From assembly GCA_035546575.1 (NCBI GenBank), contig DASZWN010000002.1, forward strand, positions 187,319-251,318: a DNA stretch of 64,000 nt. The letters are read 5' to 3'. Source of the DNA: Minisyncoccota bacterium. Its GTDB lineage: Bacteria; Patescibacteriota; Minisyncoccia; Phycocordibacterales; SBAW01. Below, piece after piece: positions 1-8,882 of this stretch. Made by a program: the position numbers and the translations under genes. Each line of letters opens with the position of its first letter. The first letter of the stretch is position 1. A model generated the notes under the pieces. It did not search any database. It was not told where the DNA came from and saw only the letters and a program-made list of their open reading frames with translations.

Positions 1-554
1 TCCGAGTTGAGCAGAAGCACCAGGTCGTACGCCTCCTTGTCGAGCGGGTTCTCCCACTCGCCGAGCACGTTACGCTGCGCCAGATCGAGCCGCGAGTCGA
101 GACGCTTCTGATGCCGCTGCATCCGAAAGATCTTGAGCCGACGCTCGAAAGGCATATTCATCGTCGCCACGATAGTAAACGCCAAGTGTTCGCGCTCCAG
201 AGGATTGAGGAGCTCCAGAGCACGACGACGGTGCTGCCCATTGTCGATCGAAAGGTAGGCATCACTGGGACCGGTCAGGGTCCGTGCAGCCTCGTCGTAG
301 AGCCAACCGCCACCCAGGTCGCCCTGAATCGCTTCCAGCCAGATCATAGAGTGATCGATCATCGCCTGGGCGATATTCGTCGCATGATCTTCGTCGAGCT
401 TGCGGTTGACCCCGTTGGGATCCGTACCGAAGCGTTCCACCTTGCCGACCGTCACAAGCTGCTCGGCCGCGATGGAGAACATGAACACCCTGTCGCCGTG
501 CTGCTCCAGGACATTCACATTCGAGATAACGAGATTCCCCTTATCGTTAGTCAT
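1..554 (-). CDS. DGQHR/DndB-like domain protein, runs off the window start (3' end missing)
   Basis: Manual translation MTNDKGNLVISNVNVLEQHG...VNRKLDEDHATNIA...YLSIDNGQHRRRALELL...; open to position 1; GAGAGGA SD upstream; alternative TTG start at 563; absent from the ORF track. Confidence 0.7.
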   Translation of the reverse strand, partial: MTNDKGNLVISNVNVLEQHGDRVFMFSIAAEQLVTVGKVERFGTDPNGVNRKLDEDHATNIAQAMIDHSMIWLEAIQGDLGGGWLYDEAARTLTGPSDAYLSIDNGQHRRRALELLNPLEREHLAFTIVATMNMPFERRLKIFRMQRHQKRLDSRLDLAQRNVLGEWENPLDKEAYDLVLLLNS

Positions 555-766
555 GGTTGCCAATTTCCTCTCAAGTTGGCGGGTTTAGGGATAGTTGCTC
601 AGCGGAGTATCGAGGGTCAGGTGAGGTACCTTACGCGACCTGTTCTGATTTCCAAGGAGCTAACTGTCTTCTACACTAATAGACTTATTGATGATTGTCA
701 ATATATATTCGATCTTTTATGCTACGTGAAAGGCCGCGCGGACGCGGCCTCAATTGTTGAAAATAA

Positions 767-1066
767 TTACCCGTTGGCGCCTGGGTCATGCGGTGCTAGC
801 GGTTTGATCTCGTCTTTCAATACGGTGAAGGTTGTTCCTTCAGAAAAGTGGAGTTGGACTAGTCGTAGAGTACCGCGACCAGCAACTTCGGCCGAAAGGA
901 CAAATCCGGGCTTTTTTTCGGCAAGGTGAACATCGGTGATGTCGTTGCGCGAAATGCGCTTGGTGCCGAGGGCTGCGGTTAACTTGGGGACAAAGTCTGC
1001 GCTAACCCTGCCCTGTCCATATGCGTGAGCGCATACGTAGCGAATTTTATCGTCAGTGACTTTCAT
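767..1066 (-). CDS. hypothetical protein (99 aa)
   Basis: ORF MKVTDDKIRY... with GGAGG SD just upstream of ATG 1066. Confidence 0.6.
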   Translation of the reverse strand: MKVTDDKIRYVCAHAYGQGRVSADFVPKLTAALGTKRISRNDITDVHLAEKKPGFVLSAEVAGRGTLRLVQLHFSEGTTFTVLKDEIKPLAPHDPGANG

Positions 1067-1145
1067 CGGTACCCTCCAAAGATCTCTCCTTCGCGGATTA
1101 TATACCTGCCTATTTAAAAAAGCATTTCGCGTATATAATCGCCTG

Positions 1146-3116
1146 ATGAAGGCTAAAAAACTCGTCGGGTTCGACCTCAAAGATATAGACACCGTGGTGC
1201 GGCCGCAGGACGACTTTTACCACTACGCAAACGGTGGTTGGCTCAAGAAAAACAAAATACCGGACTCGGAGAGCCGCTGGGGCAGCTTTATTATCCTGCG
1301 CGTCGAGGCAGAAAAAAATCTCAAAAAAATAATCGACTCACTTCTTAAAAACAAAAACCTTAAGAAAGGCAGTGCCGGGCAACTCGTGGGTGATCTATAC
1401 CGCTCGGCTATCGACATGAAGACGCGCAACAAGCTCGGCGCTTCGCCGCTCGCGCATCTGCGCAGCCGGATTGCCCAGGTTTCGAACCGTGAGGATCTGC
1501 TTTCGCTTGTGGGCTACTTCCACAAGCTGGGCATCGACACGCCCTGGCACCTGGTTGTTGATCAAGACTCCAAAGACAGTACGAGATATGCGCTCCATAT
1601 CTACCAAGGCGGTCTTGGCCTCCCCGACCGCGACTATTATCTCAAAGACGAGGCCGAATTTGTACGCGTGCGCGCTGCCTACCGAGAGTACGTAACAAAA
1701 GTGTTCGAGTTGCTGGGCTACAAAAAGGCCGAGGCATACAAAAAGGTAGAAACAATACTGCGGCTCGAGACCCGCCTCGCGCAAGCATCGATGAGCAAAG
1801 AGGATAGCCGGGACGCAGAAAAAATCTATCACAAAAAGAGTCTTTCCCGACTTCAAAAGGAGTTCTCGAGCATTGTATGGAACAAGTATTTTAGTACTGC
1901 AAAATTACCGAAAGTCCCATATGTGATTGTGGCGCAACCAAAATTTGTGGAGGCCGCTACGCATCTTATCGAAAATGGCTCGATCGACGACTGGAAAGTG
2001 TACTTAGAGTGGCATCTTGTAGGCGACGCTGCGACACTGCTTTCAGACTCTTTTTACAAAGCAGCGTTCAAATTCTCTCAGACCCTCACGGGTGCCAAAA
2101 CCATGAAGCCGCTTTGGCGTCGCGCGCTCGCAGCCGTAAACGGCGGGTTAGGAGAGCCTTTGGGACAAATGTACGTAGCAAAATATTTTGACCAGGCAAA
2201 GAAGCGCAAAATGGATACGCTCGTTAGCAACCTGTTTGCGGTCTACGAGGAGCGGATCAAGGCACTCGACTGGATGAGCCCGGCCACCAAGCGCAAAGCG
2301 GTTGCAAAGCTGCGCATGATCACGCGCAAAATAGGCTACCCAAGGGTGTGGAAGTCGTACAAAGGGCTGGTCATTAAGCCGCAAGAGTATTTTGAGAATA
2401 TCATGCGACTCACCGAGTTTGAGTATCGCCGGCAGATAAAAAAACTTACGCGCAAGTCGGTAGACCGCGGAGAGTGGTTTATGAGCCCGCAAACCGTTAA
2501 TGCCTATTGTAACTTTAACCTCAACGAGATTGTCTTCCCTGCCGCAATTCTCCAGCCGCCGTTCTTTAACTTTGCTGCGGATGACGCCTTTAACTACGGC
2601 GGCATAGGTGCGGTGATCGGCCACGAAGTAACCCACGCATTCGACGACCAGGGCGCCAAGTTTGACGGCCACGGCAACATGAAGACCTGGTGGCTCCCCA
2701 AGGACAAAAAGCAGTTTGAGCAGAAGGGTAAAATCCTTGTCGAGCAATACAATGGCTTTAGCGTAGCCGACGGGGTACAAGTAAACGGCCAATTAACGCT
2801 CGGCGAGAATATTGCCGACCTGGGCGGGCTCGTGATCGGCTACGATGCCTACCAAAAGCATCTTAAAACAGCGGGGCGAGAAGATATTGCCGGCCTCACC
2901 CCGGAACAGCGCTTCTTCTTGGGTTTTGCGCAGGTGGAGCGCGAGCTCGATAGGCCGGAGAGCATCAAAACCCGCACGCTCACCGACCCGCATTCGCCCT
3001 CGGAGTTTCGGATCAACGGCCCGCTCGCACATTTTGAGCCGTTTTACGAAGCGTACGGAGTCACCCCAAAAGACAAGCTCTACCGCGCTCCGAAAGACCG
3101 CGCGAAGATTTGGTAG
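1146..3116 (+). CDS. pepO: M13 family metalloendopeptidase (PepO/neprilysin-like)
   Basis: PQDDFY, VNAY, HEVTH zinc motif, GENIADLGG, DPHSP; start re-called at ATG 1146, 6 nt after TATAAT. Confidence 0.95.
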   Translation: MKAKKLVGFDLKDIDTVVRPQDDFYHYANGGWLKKNKIPDSESRWGSFIILRVEAEKNLKKIIDSLLKNKNLKKGSAGQLVGDLYRSAIDMKTRNKLGASPLAHLRSRIAQVSNREDLLSLVGYFHKLGIDTPWHLVVDQDSKDSTRYALHIYQGGLGLPDRDYYLKDEAEFVRVRAAYREYVTKVFELLGYKKAEAYKKVETILRLETRLAQASMSKEDSRDAEKIYHKKSLSRLQKEFSSIVWNKYFSTAKLPKVPYVIVAQPKFVEAATHLIENGSIDDWKVYLEWHLVGDAATLLSDSFYKAAFKFSQTLTGAKTMKPLWRRALAAVNGGLGEPLGQMYVAKYFDQAKKRKMDTLVSNLFAVYEERIKALDWMSPATKRKAVAKLRMITRKIGYPRVWKSYKGLVIKPQEYFENIMRLTEFEYRRQIKKLTRKSVDRGEWFMSPQTVNAYCNFNLNEIVFPAAILQPPFFNFAADDAFNYGGIGAVIGHEVTHAFDDQGAKFDGHGNMKTWWLPKDKKQFEQKGKILVEQYNGFSVADGVQVNGQLTLGENIADLGGLVIGYDAYQKHLKTAGREDIAGLTPEQRFFLGFAQVERELDRPESIKTRTLTDPHSPSEFRINGPLAHFEPFYEAYGVTPKDKLYRAPKDRAKIW

Positions 3117-3122
3117 TTTATA

Positions 3123-3197
3123 GCGAATATCTTTTAAAAAAGAGTGCACTCTGGCAAGTGACGGCCAAGTCTAACCCTCTTTTTTAAAAATATTCGC
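3123..3197. repeat. 75-nt hairpin between convergent pepO and ung (likely terminator or palindromic element)
   Basis: Arms GCGAATAT(C)TTTTAAAAAAGAG / CTCTTTTTTAAAAATATTCGC give 21 bp with one bulge around a 32-nt loop. Confidence 0.75.
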
Positions 3198-3202
3198 AAA
3201 GA

Positions 3203-3871
3203 CTAAAGCCAGTCAATTGGTTTTTTGCCTTGCTTAACCAAGTAGTTGTTTGCTTTGCTGAATGGTTTTGAGCCAAAAAAACCGTTGTAGGCCGAGAATG
3301 GCGATGGGTGCGGAGATTCTATGACTAGATGTTTTGAGCGATCAATCCTCGCTCCTTTAGTGCGTGCATAGTTACCCCACAAGATAAACACTAAGTGCTC
3401 CCGCTGGTCCGAGAGCGCTGCAATAGCCGCGTCGGTAAACTGCTCCCAGCCCTTGTTTTGGTGTGATCCGGCCAAATGTGCTCGTACGGTAAGAGTTGCA
3501 TTTAAAAGGAGTACTCCTTGTTCTGCCCAACGAGTTAGATCGCCGCTTGTATGCACCATGGGTTTGCCCAAATCGTTCTCGATCTCTTTAAAAATATTCT
3601 GGAGGCTCGGTGGCAAGCGCATCCCCTCCTCTACTGCAAAAGAAAGACCGTTAGCTTGTTTAGGACCGTGATACGGGTCTTGGCCCAAAATCACGACCTC
3701 TACTTTTTCAAACGGGCAGAGTTGGAATGCCCTGAATATATTTTTTGGCGCGGGATATACGGCGCCGTTTTTATACTCGCTTTTTACAAAATCAGTAAGC
3801 TCCTTGAAGTACTCTTTACCAAACTCCTGCTCCAAATGTTGTTTCCAAGAAGCCTCGATCTTTACGTCCAT
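3203..3871 (-). CDS. ung: uracil-DNA glycosylase (family 1)
   Basis: GQDPYH, GVLLLN, HPSPFS motifs. Confidence 0.97.
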   Translation of the reverse strand: MDVKIEASWKQHLEQEFGKEYFKELTDFVKSEYKNGAVYPAPKNIFRAFQLCPFEKVEVVILGQDPYHGPKQANGLSFAVEEGMRLPPSLQNIFKEIENDLGKPMVHTSGDLTRWAEQGVLLLNATLTVRAHLAGSHQNKGWEQFTDAAIAALSDQREHLVFILWGNYARTKGARIDRSKHLVIESPHPSPFSAYNGFFGSKPFSKANNYLVKQGKKPIDWL

Positions 3872-3875
3872 GGTT

Positions 3876-4172
3876 CTATAGTATCGCGCCTTCTTTTTTG
3901 AGGAGCGCGCGTTTTGCTTTTTCGCCGCCGCGGTTGTAGTTGCCTATCTTCCCGTCCGACCGGATCACACGGTGGCACGGTATGTTTTTGTCAAAATTCT
4001 GCGACATGTAAAACCCCACCGCCCGAGACGCTTTTGCGTTGCCTGCCTTTTTAGCAACTACGGCATAGGTCATAACCTGTCCCTTGGGGATTTTGGCAAC
4101 GACTGCGAGCACTCGCTTGCGGAAATCGCTTACTTTTTTAGAAGAGTTCTGCTGTCGTGGGCTCTTTTGCAT
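3876..4172 (-). CDS. MGMT/Ogt-family O6-alkylguanine DNA-binding/methyltransferase (C-terminal domain only)
   Basis: IPKGQVMTY, RAVG, PCHRV active-site motif; start uncertain because it overlaps the upstream gene. Confidence 0.88.
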   Translation of the reverse strand: MQKSPRQQNSSKKVSDFRKRVLAVVAKIPKGQVMTYAVVAKKAGNAKASRAVGFYMSQNFDKNIPCHRVIRSDGKIGNYNRGGEKAKRALLKKEGAIL

Positions 4173-4977
4173 CTTTTTTTGCTAATTTTTTAATCGCTGG
4201 GACTTTTTGCGGCGCTTTTTGCGAGGCTTGGTAGAGCGCTTTGCCCGCAGCTTGGCGATAGCGGCAGTAGTCGCAGTCATCGCTCGCCGCAGGAATCTGG
4301 TCAGAATCCAGACACTCTTTAAGCTTGGTAAGAGTTGGCTCGACCCAATCGGTTTTGCCCGTGTATGCAATAAGCGTTATATCAAACTCAAGCTTGCCGT
4401 CGAACGCTTCTTTGTCTTTAGACGCATTCGCGTATACAAAGTAGCCCGTGTCAGAAACTTTAAACCCCTTTTGACGCAGCAACCATTGATATATTTCCAT
4501 CTGGCGCTTATAGCCATCGTGCCAGTCCTGGTCGAGCGCCTCGATCTTGCTGTCTTTGCTCGTGGACTTATAGTCAACGACTATCAGCTCGCCTGCGGGG
4601 TTTACCCAAACATCGTCTACTGCTCCCGCGATAGTAAAACCCGTCGGCGTGTGTTGTATCTCAACTCCTTTAAAGTTTTCGCGCCAGGTGTCCATCTCGG
4701 CGTGCGCATAGGGCACCGCATCAATGCCATACGCTTTCATAAGCGGGTGTGGTGTTTTACCGTCGCGATGTATATCAAACTCTTTTTTAAGGAGTGCATC
4801 GACAGCGCTGTTGAGGTTAAATGGGAAGCCGGGCGGGCGGGCGGTCCCGAGTTTGTTGTCGAGATAAAAACAGCGCTGACACTCCAAAAAGAGTGCTATT
4901 TTTGAGCGCGAAAGGCGCCATTTTGGCCCGCCATAGTTCCAGTCCGGTTTGCGCTCGGGCTTGTAATAGAGGCTCAT
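4138..4977 (-). CDS. PD-(D/E)XK nuclease family protein (RecB/AddB/Cas4-like)
   Basis: LSRSKI..F.ECQRC, GAVDD, VVDYKS, Q..IY and C-terminal CDYCRY. Confidence 0.85.
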   Translation of the reverse strand: MSLYYKPERKPDWNYGGPKWRLSRSKIALFLECQRCFYLDNKLGTARPPGFPFNLNSAVDALLKKEFDIHRDGKTPHPLMKAYGIDAVPYAHAEMDTWRENFKGVEIQHTPTGFTIAGAVDDVWVNPAGELIVVDYKSTSKDSKIEALDQDWHDGYKRQMEIYQWLLRQKGFKVSDTGYFVYANASKDKEAFDGKLEFDITLIAYTGKTDWVEPTLTKLKECLDSDQIPAASDDCDYCRYRQAAGKALYQASQKAPQKVPAIKKLAKKDAKEPTTAELF

Positions 4978-4994
4978 CGAGCCATTCTACCCTA

Positions 4995-5474
4995 TTAGTC
5001 TGAAGACGTCCCGTATCTATCTCTCAGCATGTTTTCCAGCTTAAGGAAGAGGGTGAAGATAATCAGACCCATAACCGTTGCCGCAAGACCGAGCAGGTAG
5101 AGCTCGAAAGCGCACGCAACGCCTATTGCCGCAGCCAGCCAGATGCCGGTTGCCGTAGTGAGCTCTACCGGGTGCTCGCCGCGGAATACCGCGAGGCCCG
5201 AGCCGATAAAACCCACTCCGATGATGACGGAGCTTGCAAGAGCAAGCGGCGTCACGCTCGCAAAGAAGCTGAATTGCAGACTTGCGAGTATGCCGACGGT
5301 TACAAACAGGCAGGAGCCCATAGCGACAAGCGCATAGGTACGCATACCAGCGTGTTTGCCTGCAATGGAGCGCTCAAGCCCAAGGACAGCCCCGAGTACT
5401 GCAGCTATTACGAGTGTTCCCACGAAGTGCACTTCTGAGAACGGGAGCAGTGCTGCAGTACTGACGGGTTCCAT
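4995..5474 (-). CDS. MgtC/SapB family membrane protein
   Basis: GLER, AGMRTY, GVGFIGSG, LTTATGIW motifs. Confidence 0.92.
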   Translation of the reverse strand: MEPVSTAALLPFSEVHFVGTLVIAAVLGAVLGLERSIAGKHAGMRTYALVAMGSCLFVTVGILASLQFSFFASVTPLALASSVIIGVGFIGSGLAVFRGEHPVELTTATGIWLAAAIGVACAFELYLLGLAATVMGLIIFTLFLKLENMLRDRYGTSSD

Positions 5475-5483
5475 AAAGAATTA

Positions 5484-6182
5484 TTAGTTGGTCTTAAAGC
5501 TCGACCAAAGAGCACTGCCTGATGCGTCGGTTACCGGCTTATCGAGCGTGAGCGACAGCATATGATCGCCATCGTCTACGCGCTCGCCAAGTATGTATGT
5601 CTGAGCAGCCTGCGTTGCGCGCAAAAGCGGAATCGTAATGCCTTTGCCGTTATTTTCCGGGAAGAACATCGAGGCGCCGAGTATGCGCACTGGCTGACCA
5701 TTTGACGACTCGTATACGACAAGCCATGTAGGAACCGATACTGTTGCCGATGTCACAACCACCTGCATGCCCGCCGCCTGTGTTGCTACAGAAAGGCTGC
5801 CTGACGGGAGCATGCTGTTGCCTGTTGCTACGGAGCCAGACGGTTGCGAGCTTGAACTTGTGCTTGGCGTAGTCGTTGCTGTGTCGCTCGTGTCAGAAGT
5901 ACTCGAGCCCGCAGAAGTAAACCAGATCGTAGTAATGAGCGCCCCGATGATAAGTCCTGCGATAAAACCGCCGACTACCCGCGACGTGCTGTGTTGAGCC
6001 GAAGGCATGCTACTCGTGACTCCCGTACTCGACTTCATTGGCTGCGCTGGAGCTGCTGTCGGCCGTACTGATGCCGGTGTAGTAGTAAAACCGCTTGGAG
6101 CGCTTGCGGGCTTAGACTGCGTTTGAGTAGACGCTGCGGGCTGCGACCACGACAGGCCGCTTTGCTTCTTTTGTTCTTCCAT
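5484..6182 (-). CDS. membrane-anchored hypothetical protein with S/T-rich linkers and a C-terminal beta domain
   Basis: Single TM helix in a long ORF, co-oriented with neighbours. Confidence 0.7.
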   Translation of the reverse strand: MEEQKKQSGLSWSQPAASTQTQSKPASAPSGFTTTPASVRPTAAPAQPMKSSTGVTSSMPSAQHSTSRVVGGFIAGLIIGALITTIWFTSAGSSTSDTSDTATTTPSTSSSSQPSGSVATGNSMLPSGSLSVATQAAGMQVVVTSATVSVPTWLVVYESSNGQPVRILGASMFFPENNGKGITIPLLRATQAAQTYILGERVDDGDHMLSLTLDKPVTDASGSALWSSFKTN

Positions 6183-6252
6183 AACTGTTATCGCTTACAA
6201 AAAACTGATAATGATTACTATCAGCTGGTTCCCCTGTGTACGAACCTCTCTA

Positions 6253-7062
6253 TCATATATCACTCCCTGGCACGCACAACGCGCCAACCTCCTCTAACAC
6301 CTTGTCGGCACGAGGCCCTACCACGCCTGCCTTTGAGAGCGCCTCCGTCTTTTCAGGCAATGCATTACACAACACCACACGCTCGCTCAGCAGAGCCGTT
6401 TTCTCGTGGTTTGAGAGACTGGTGAGCGCAGTGACCGGGTAGAGCTTTGCTTGGTCGATCCGGTCGTGCAGATTATTGCCCTGGGGATAATCCCACCCCA
6501 AAAGCTCAAGGCCGGCGCACTCAGCGTACTGTATTGCCTTGGTCGTGAATTTTGTATTAGTTACAACCAGGCCTCTTCCCTCACCAATATCGTCGACACG
6601 GGCTTTTACATAGAGCACTGTCTTGAGATCGGTTTTAAATCCCGCGGCATTGTGGAACTTTGCCTCCACAAATATCTTGTCGCTCCCTTTTGTAAGCACT
6701 ACATCAACCTCGTGTTCAACGCATCTGCCTTTTATGATTTGATCTATTTTTGCCTCATACCCTTGAGTGCGAAATAATTCGGCGACATAGGCCTCAAACG
6801 GAAACCCCGACGGGCCAAAGTCGAGCAGTGCGCGCTTGAGGCTGTAGCGCGCGGCAACCGTGTGCTTAACCTCGCGCAGATGTGCGAATGCGCGCGAGTA
6901 AATCTCCTGTGTGGTAATGCCGCTCCACAGCTGGCGCTCTATATCGTCTGCAACGCGCTGCGCAATATCCGGCTGCGCGCCCGCGCGCCGGAGCGATGCG
7001 ATAAGTTTCTGAGAGTCGAATGGCTCGCTGGTGCCGTCGGCTTTAGCAACAATAATACTCAT
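6253..7062 (-). CDS. ATP-cone domain fused to a Mrr-like restriction endonuclease domain
   Basis: VAKADGTSEPFDSQKL (ATP cone); FEAYVAEL, EVDV, VEAKFH (PD-(D/E)XK). Confidence 0.85.
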   Translation of the reverse strand: MSIIVAKADGTSEPFDSQKLIASLRRAGAQPDIAQRVADDIERQLWSGITTQEIYSRAFAHLREVKHTVAARYSLKRALLDFGPSGFPFEAYVAELFRTQGYEAKIDQIIKGRCVEHEVDVVLTKGSDKIFVEAKFHNAAGFKTDLKTVLYVKARVDDIGEGRGLVVTNTKFTTKAIQYAECAGLELLGWDYPQGNNLHDRIDQAKLYPVTALTSLSNHEKTALLSERVVLCNALPEKTEALSKAGVVGPRADKVLEEVGALCVPGSDI

Positions 7063-7065
7063 GCG

Positions 7066-8139
7066 TCACTGAATTGTAGCATCTTTGATGACGCCTCCGC
7101 CCAAGCAACGCTCCCCCCGATACAGCACCATAGACTGGCCAAGCGGGACATAGTGCGGTTCTTTAAGCTCGACCTTTATTTGCTCTCCGGTAACTACAAG
7201 CTCTGCCGGTATGAGCGTTTGGCGATAACGGAACCGGGCTTCACACACGCCTCCGTCAACCTCTCCGATAAAGTGTACGTGTTCCAGATGTACTGAAGTG
7301 TTGCTGGCACCGTGCGGAAATTTAGATGCCGAGACCGTAATAGTATTGGCCAGCGTATTTTTGGATATCACAAAATGTGCTGGCACCTCGGGCCCCGCCA
7401 GAAACAGAGTGAAACCGTGCCGCTGCCCCAAGGTATAGAGCTCGCTGCCCTGGTGTACGCCAATAATCTCGCCCGCTTCCGAAAGTACATCGCCTGGTTT
7501 AGGCGCTACCTCGCGCTCAAGCATGTCCTCAAGCGATATATCGCCTAGAAAACAGAGTCCTTGGCTGTCTGGGCGCTTTGCGTTGGGCAGGTCAAATTTT
7601 TTGGCTAAGCGGCGTACCTTCGACTTCTCGAGATTTCCGACGGGAAACAGCGTGTGACGCAGTGCGGTTTCGGATACTCCGTACAAAAAATAGCTCTGAT
7701 CCTTATTTGCGTCGCGGCTCATGAGCAGCTTCCCGTCTTCTATGCGCGCATAGTGCCCGGTTGCAACCATATCAGCGCCGCGCGAGCGGCAAAACTCAAA
7801 AAATATACCGAATTTTATCTTTTCGTTGCACAGCGTGTCAGGGTTGGGGGTCTTGCCCAGTCTGAACTCTTCGATGGCGGGCTGAAATACCTCGCGCTCA
7901 TACTCGCGCGACAAATCTACCTCGATAAACGGTATCCCGAGGTGCGCTGCAACCCGCATTGCCTCTATGCGGTCGCGTGCGGCCGGGCATGGGTAGCCCG
8001 GGATCTGGATCTTGATAAATACGCCTGTCACGTCCCACCCTTCTTTTTGAAGCAGCGCCGCAGACACTGCAGAATCTACACCGCCGGAGATACCCACGTA
8101 CACCCTGCCTTTCTTTTTCTGTGTTAGTAAACCAAACAC
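7066..8139 (-). CDS. mnmA: tRNA 2-thiouridylase
   Basis: SGGVDS, TPNPDTLCN, ATGHYA, KDQSYFL, DSQGLCF. Confidence 0.96.
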   Translation of the reverse strand: MFGLLTQKKKGRVYVGISGGVDSAVSAALLQKEGWDVTGVFIKIQIPGYPCPAARDRIEAMRVAAHLGIPFIEVDLSREYEREVFQPAIEEFRLGKTPNPDTLCNEKIKFGIFFEFCRSRGADMVATGHYARIEDGKLLMSRDANKDQSYFLYGVSETALRHTLFPVGNLEKSKVRRLAKKFDLPNAKRPDSQGLCFLGDISLEDMLEREVAPKPGDVLSEAGEIIGVHQGSELYTLGQRHGFTLFLAGPEVPAHFVISKNTLANTITVSASKFPHGASNTSVHLEHVHFIGEVDGGVCEARFRYRQTLIPAELVVTGEQIKVELKEPHYVPLGQSMVLYRGERCLGGGVIKDATIQ

Positions 8140-8189
8140 ATTTCGAGACTAGCGCACCGGTTCGCCGAGCGCAATCAAACCAATAGATA

Positions 8190-8822
8190 CTAGTGGACCG
8201 TCGTAGTGGCCGTTACCGAAACAGAGGTCGATGCGGTAGTGCCTGGCGTTGTAGTCGCGGTGCTTGTCGCGGTAGTAGTTGATTCAGTCGGCATGATCGG
8301 CGCCTCCGGAGTGTCGGACGGGACATACGTCGGCATCGTATTTTCCGAATTACCCGGGAGATACGAGCTGATAACCGAAGGGTTCATGTATACCCATGCA
8401 CCAACACCGCCAACACCCAACAGGAGGAGAAGTACTGCGAGTATCAAAATCCATCTGCCCGTGTGGCGCACAGCCACCGGTGCAGTCTTAAGCTCGGAGG
8501 CAGCCATCATGGGGCGAGGCGTAAGCGGGGCCATAGACGCTGCAGTCGGAATCTGACCGCCCATCGGAGCCTGTGCTGCGGGAGTAACGGGATTAATTGC
8601 AGTGCCTGGTACAGCCGTAGGCGGAGTTAGTACGCGTGGGGCAACCGGTCCTGGAGCTGCAGGCGCTGGCGGAGGAGTCTTTACGCCCTCGATAGCCATA
8701 AACGCCTCGTTTGCATCTTGTGAGCTCCAGCCGCCTTGCGCAAGCGCCTGCGTAATAGCATCTTTTGAGAGCCCCGCTGCACGTTGCGCTCGTACATACT
8801 CGAGAAGTTGCGGATTGATCAT
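8190..8822 (-). CDS. membrane protein with small helical N-domain, Pro/Ala-rich linker and Thr-rich tail
   Basis: One TM helix and low-complexity segments. Confidence 0.7.
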   Translation of the reverse strand: MINPQLLEYVRAQRAAGLSKDAITQALAQGGWSSQDANEAFMAIEGVKTPPPAPAAPGPVAPRVLTPPTAVPGTAINPVTPAAQAPMGGQIPTAASMAPLTPRPMMAASELKTAPVAVRHTGRWILILAVLLLLLGVGGVGAWVYMNPSVISSYLPGNSENTMPTYVPSDTPEAPIMPTESTTTATSTATTTPGTTASTSVSVTATTTVH

Positions 8823-8882
8823 AGTCTTTTATAGTATCCCACGCATACATAGAGCCATCAAGTTTCTTCTATCCACATACGT

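Noticed and set aside
111-929. 272-aa plus-strand ORF
   Set aside because: Antisense shadow of two minus-strand genes that have SDs, one with a recognisable motif
4138-4977. Cas4 / CRISPR system
   Set aside because: No repeat-spacer array or other cas genes seen in the window
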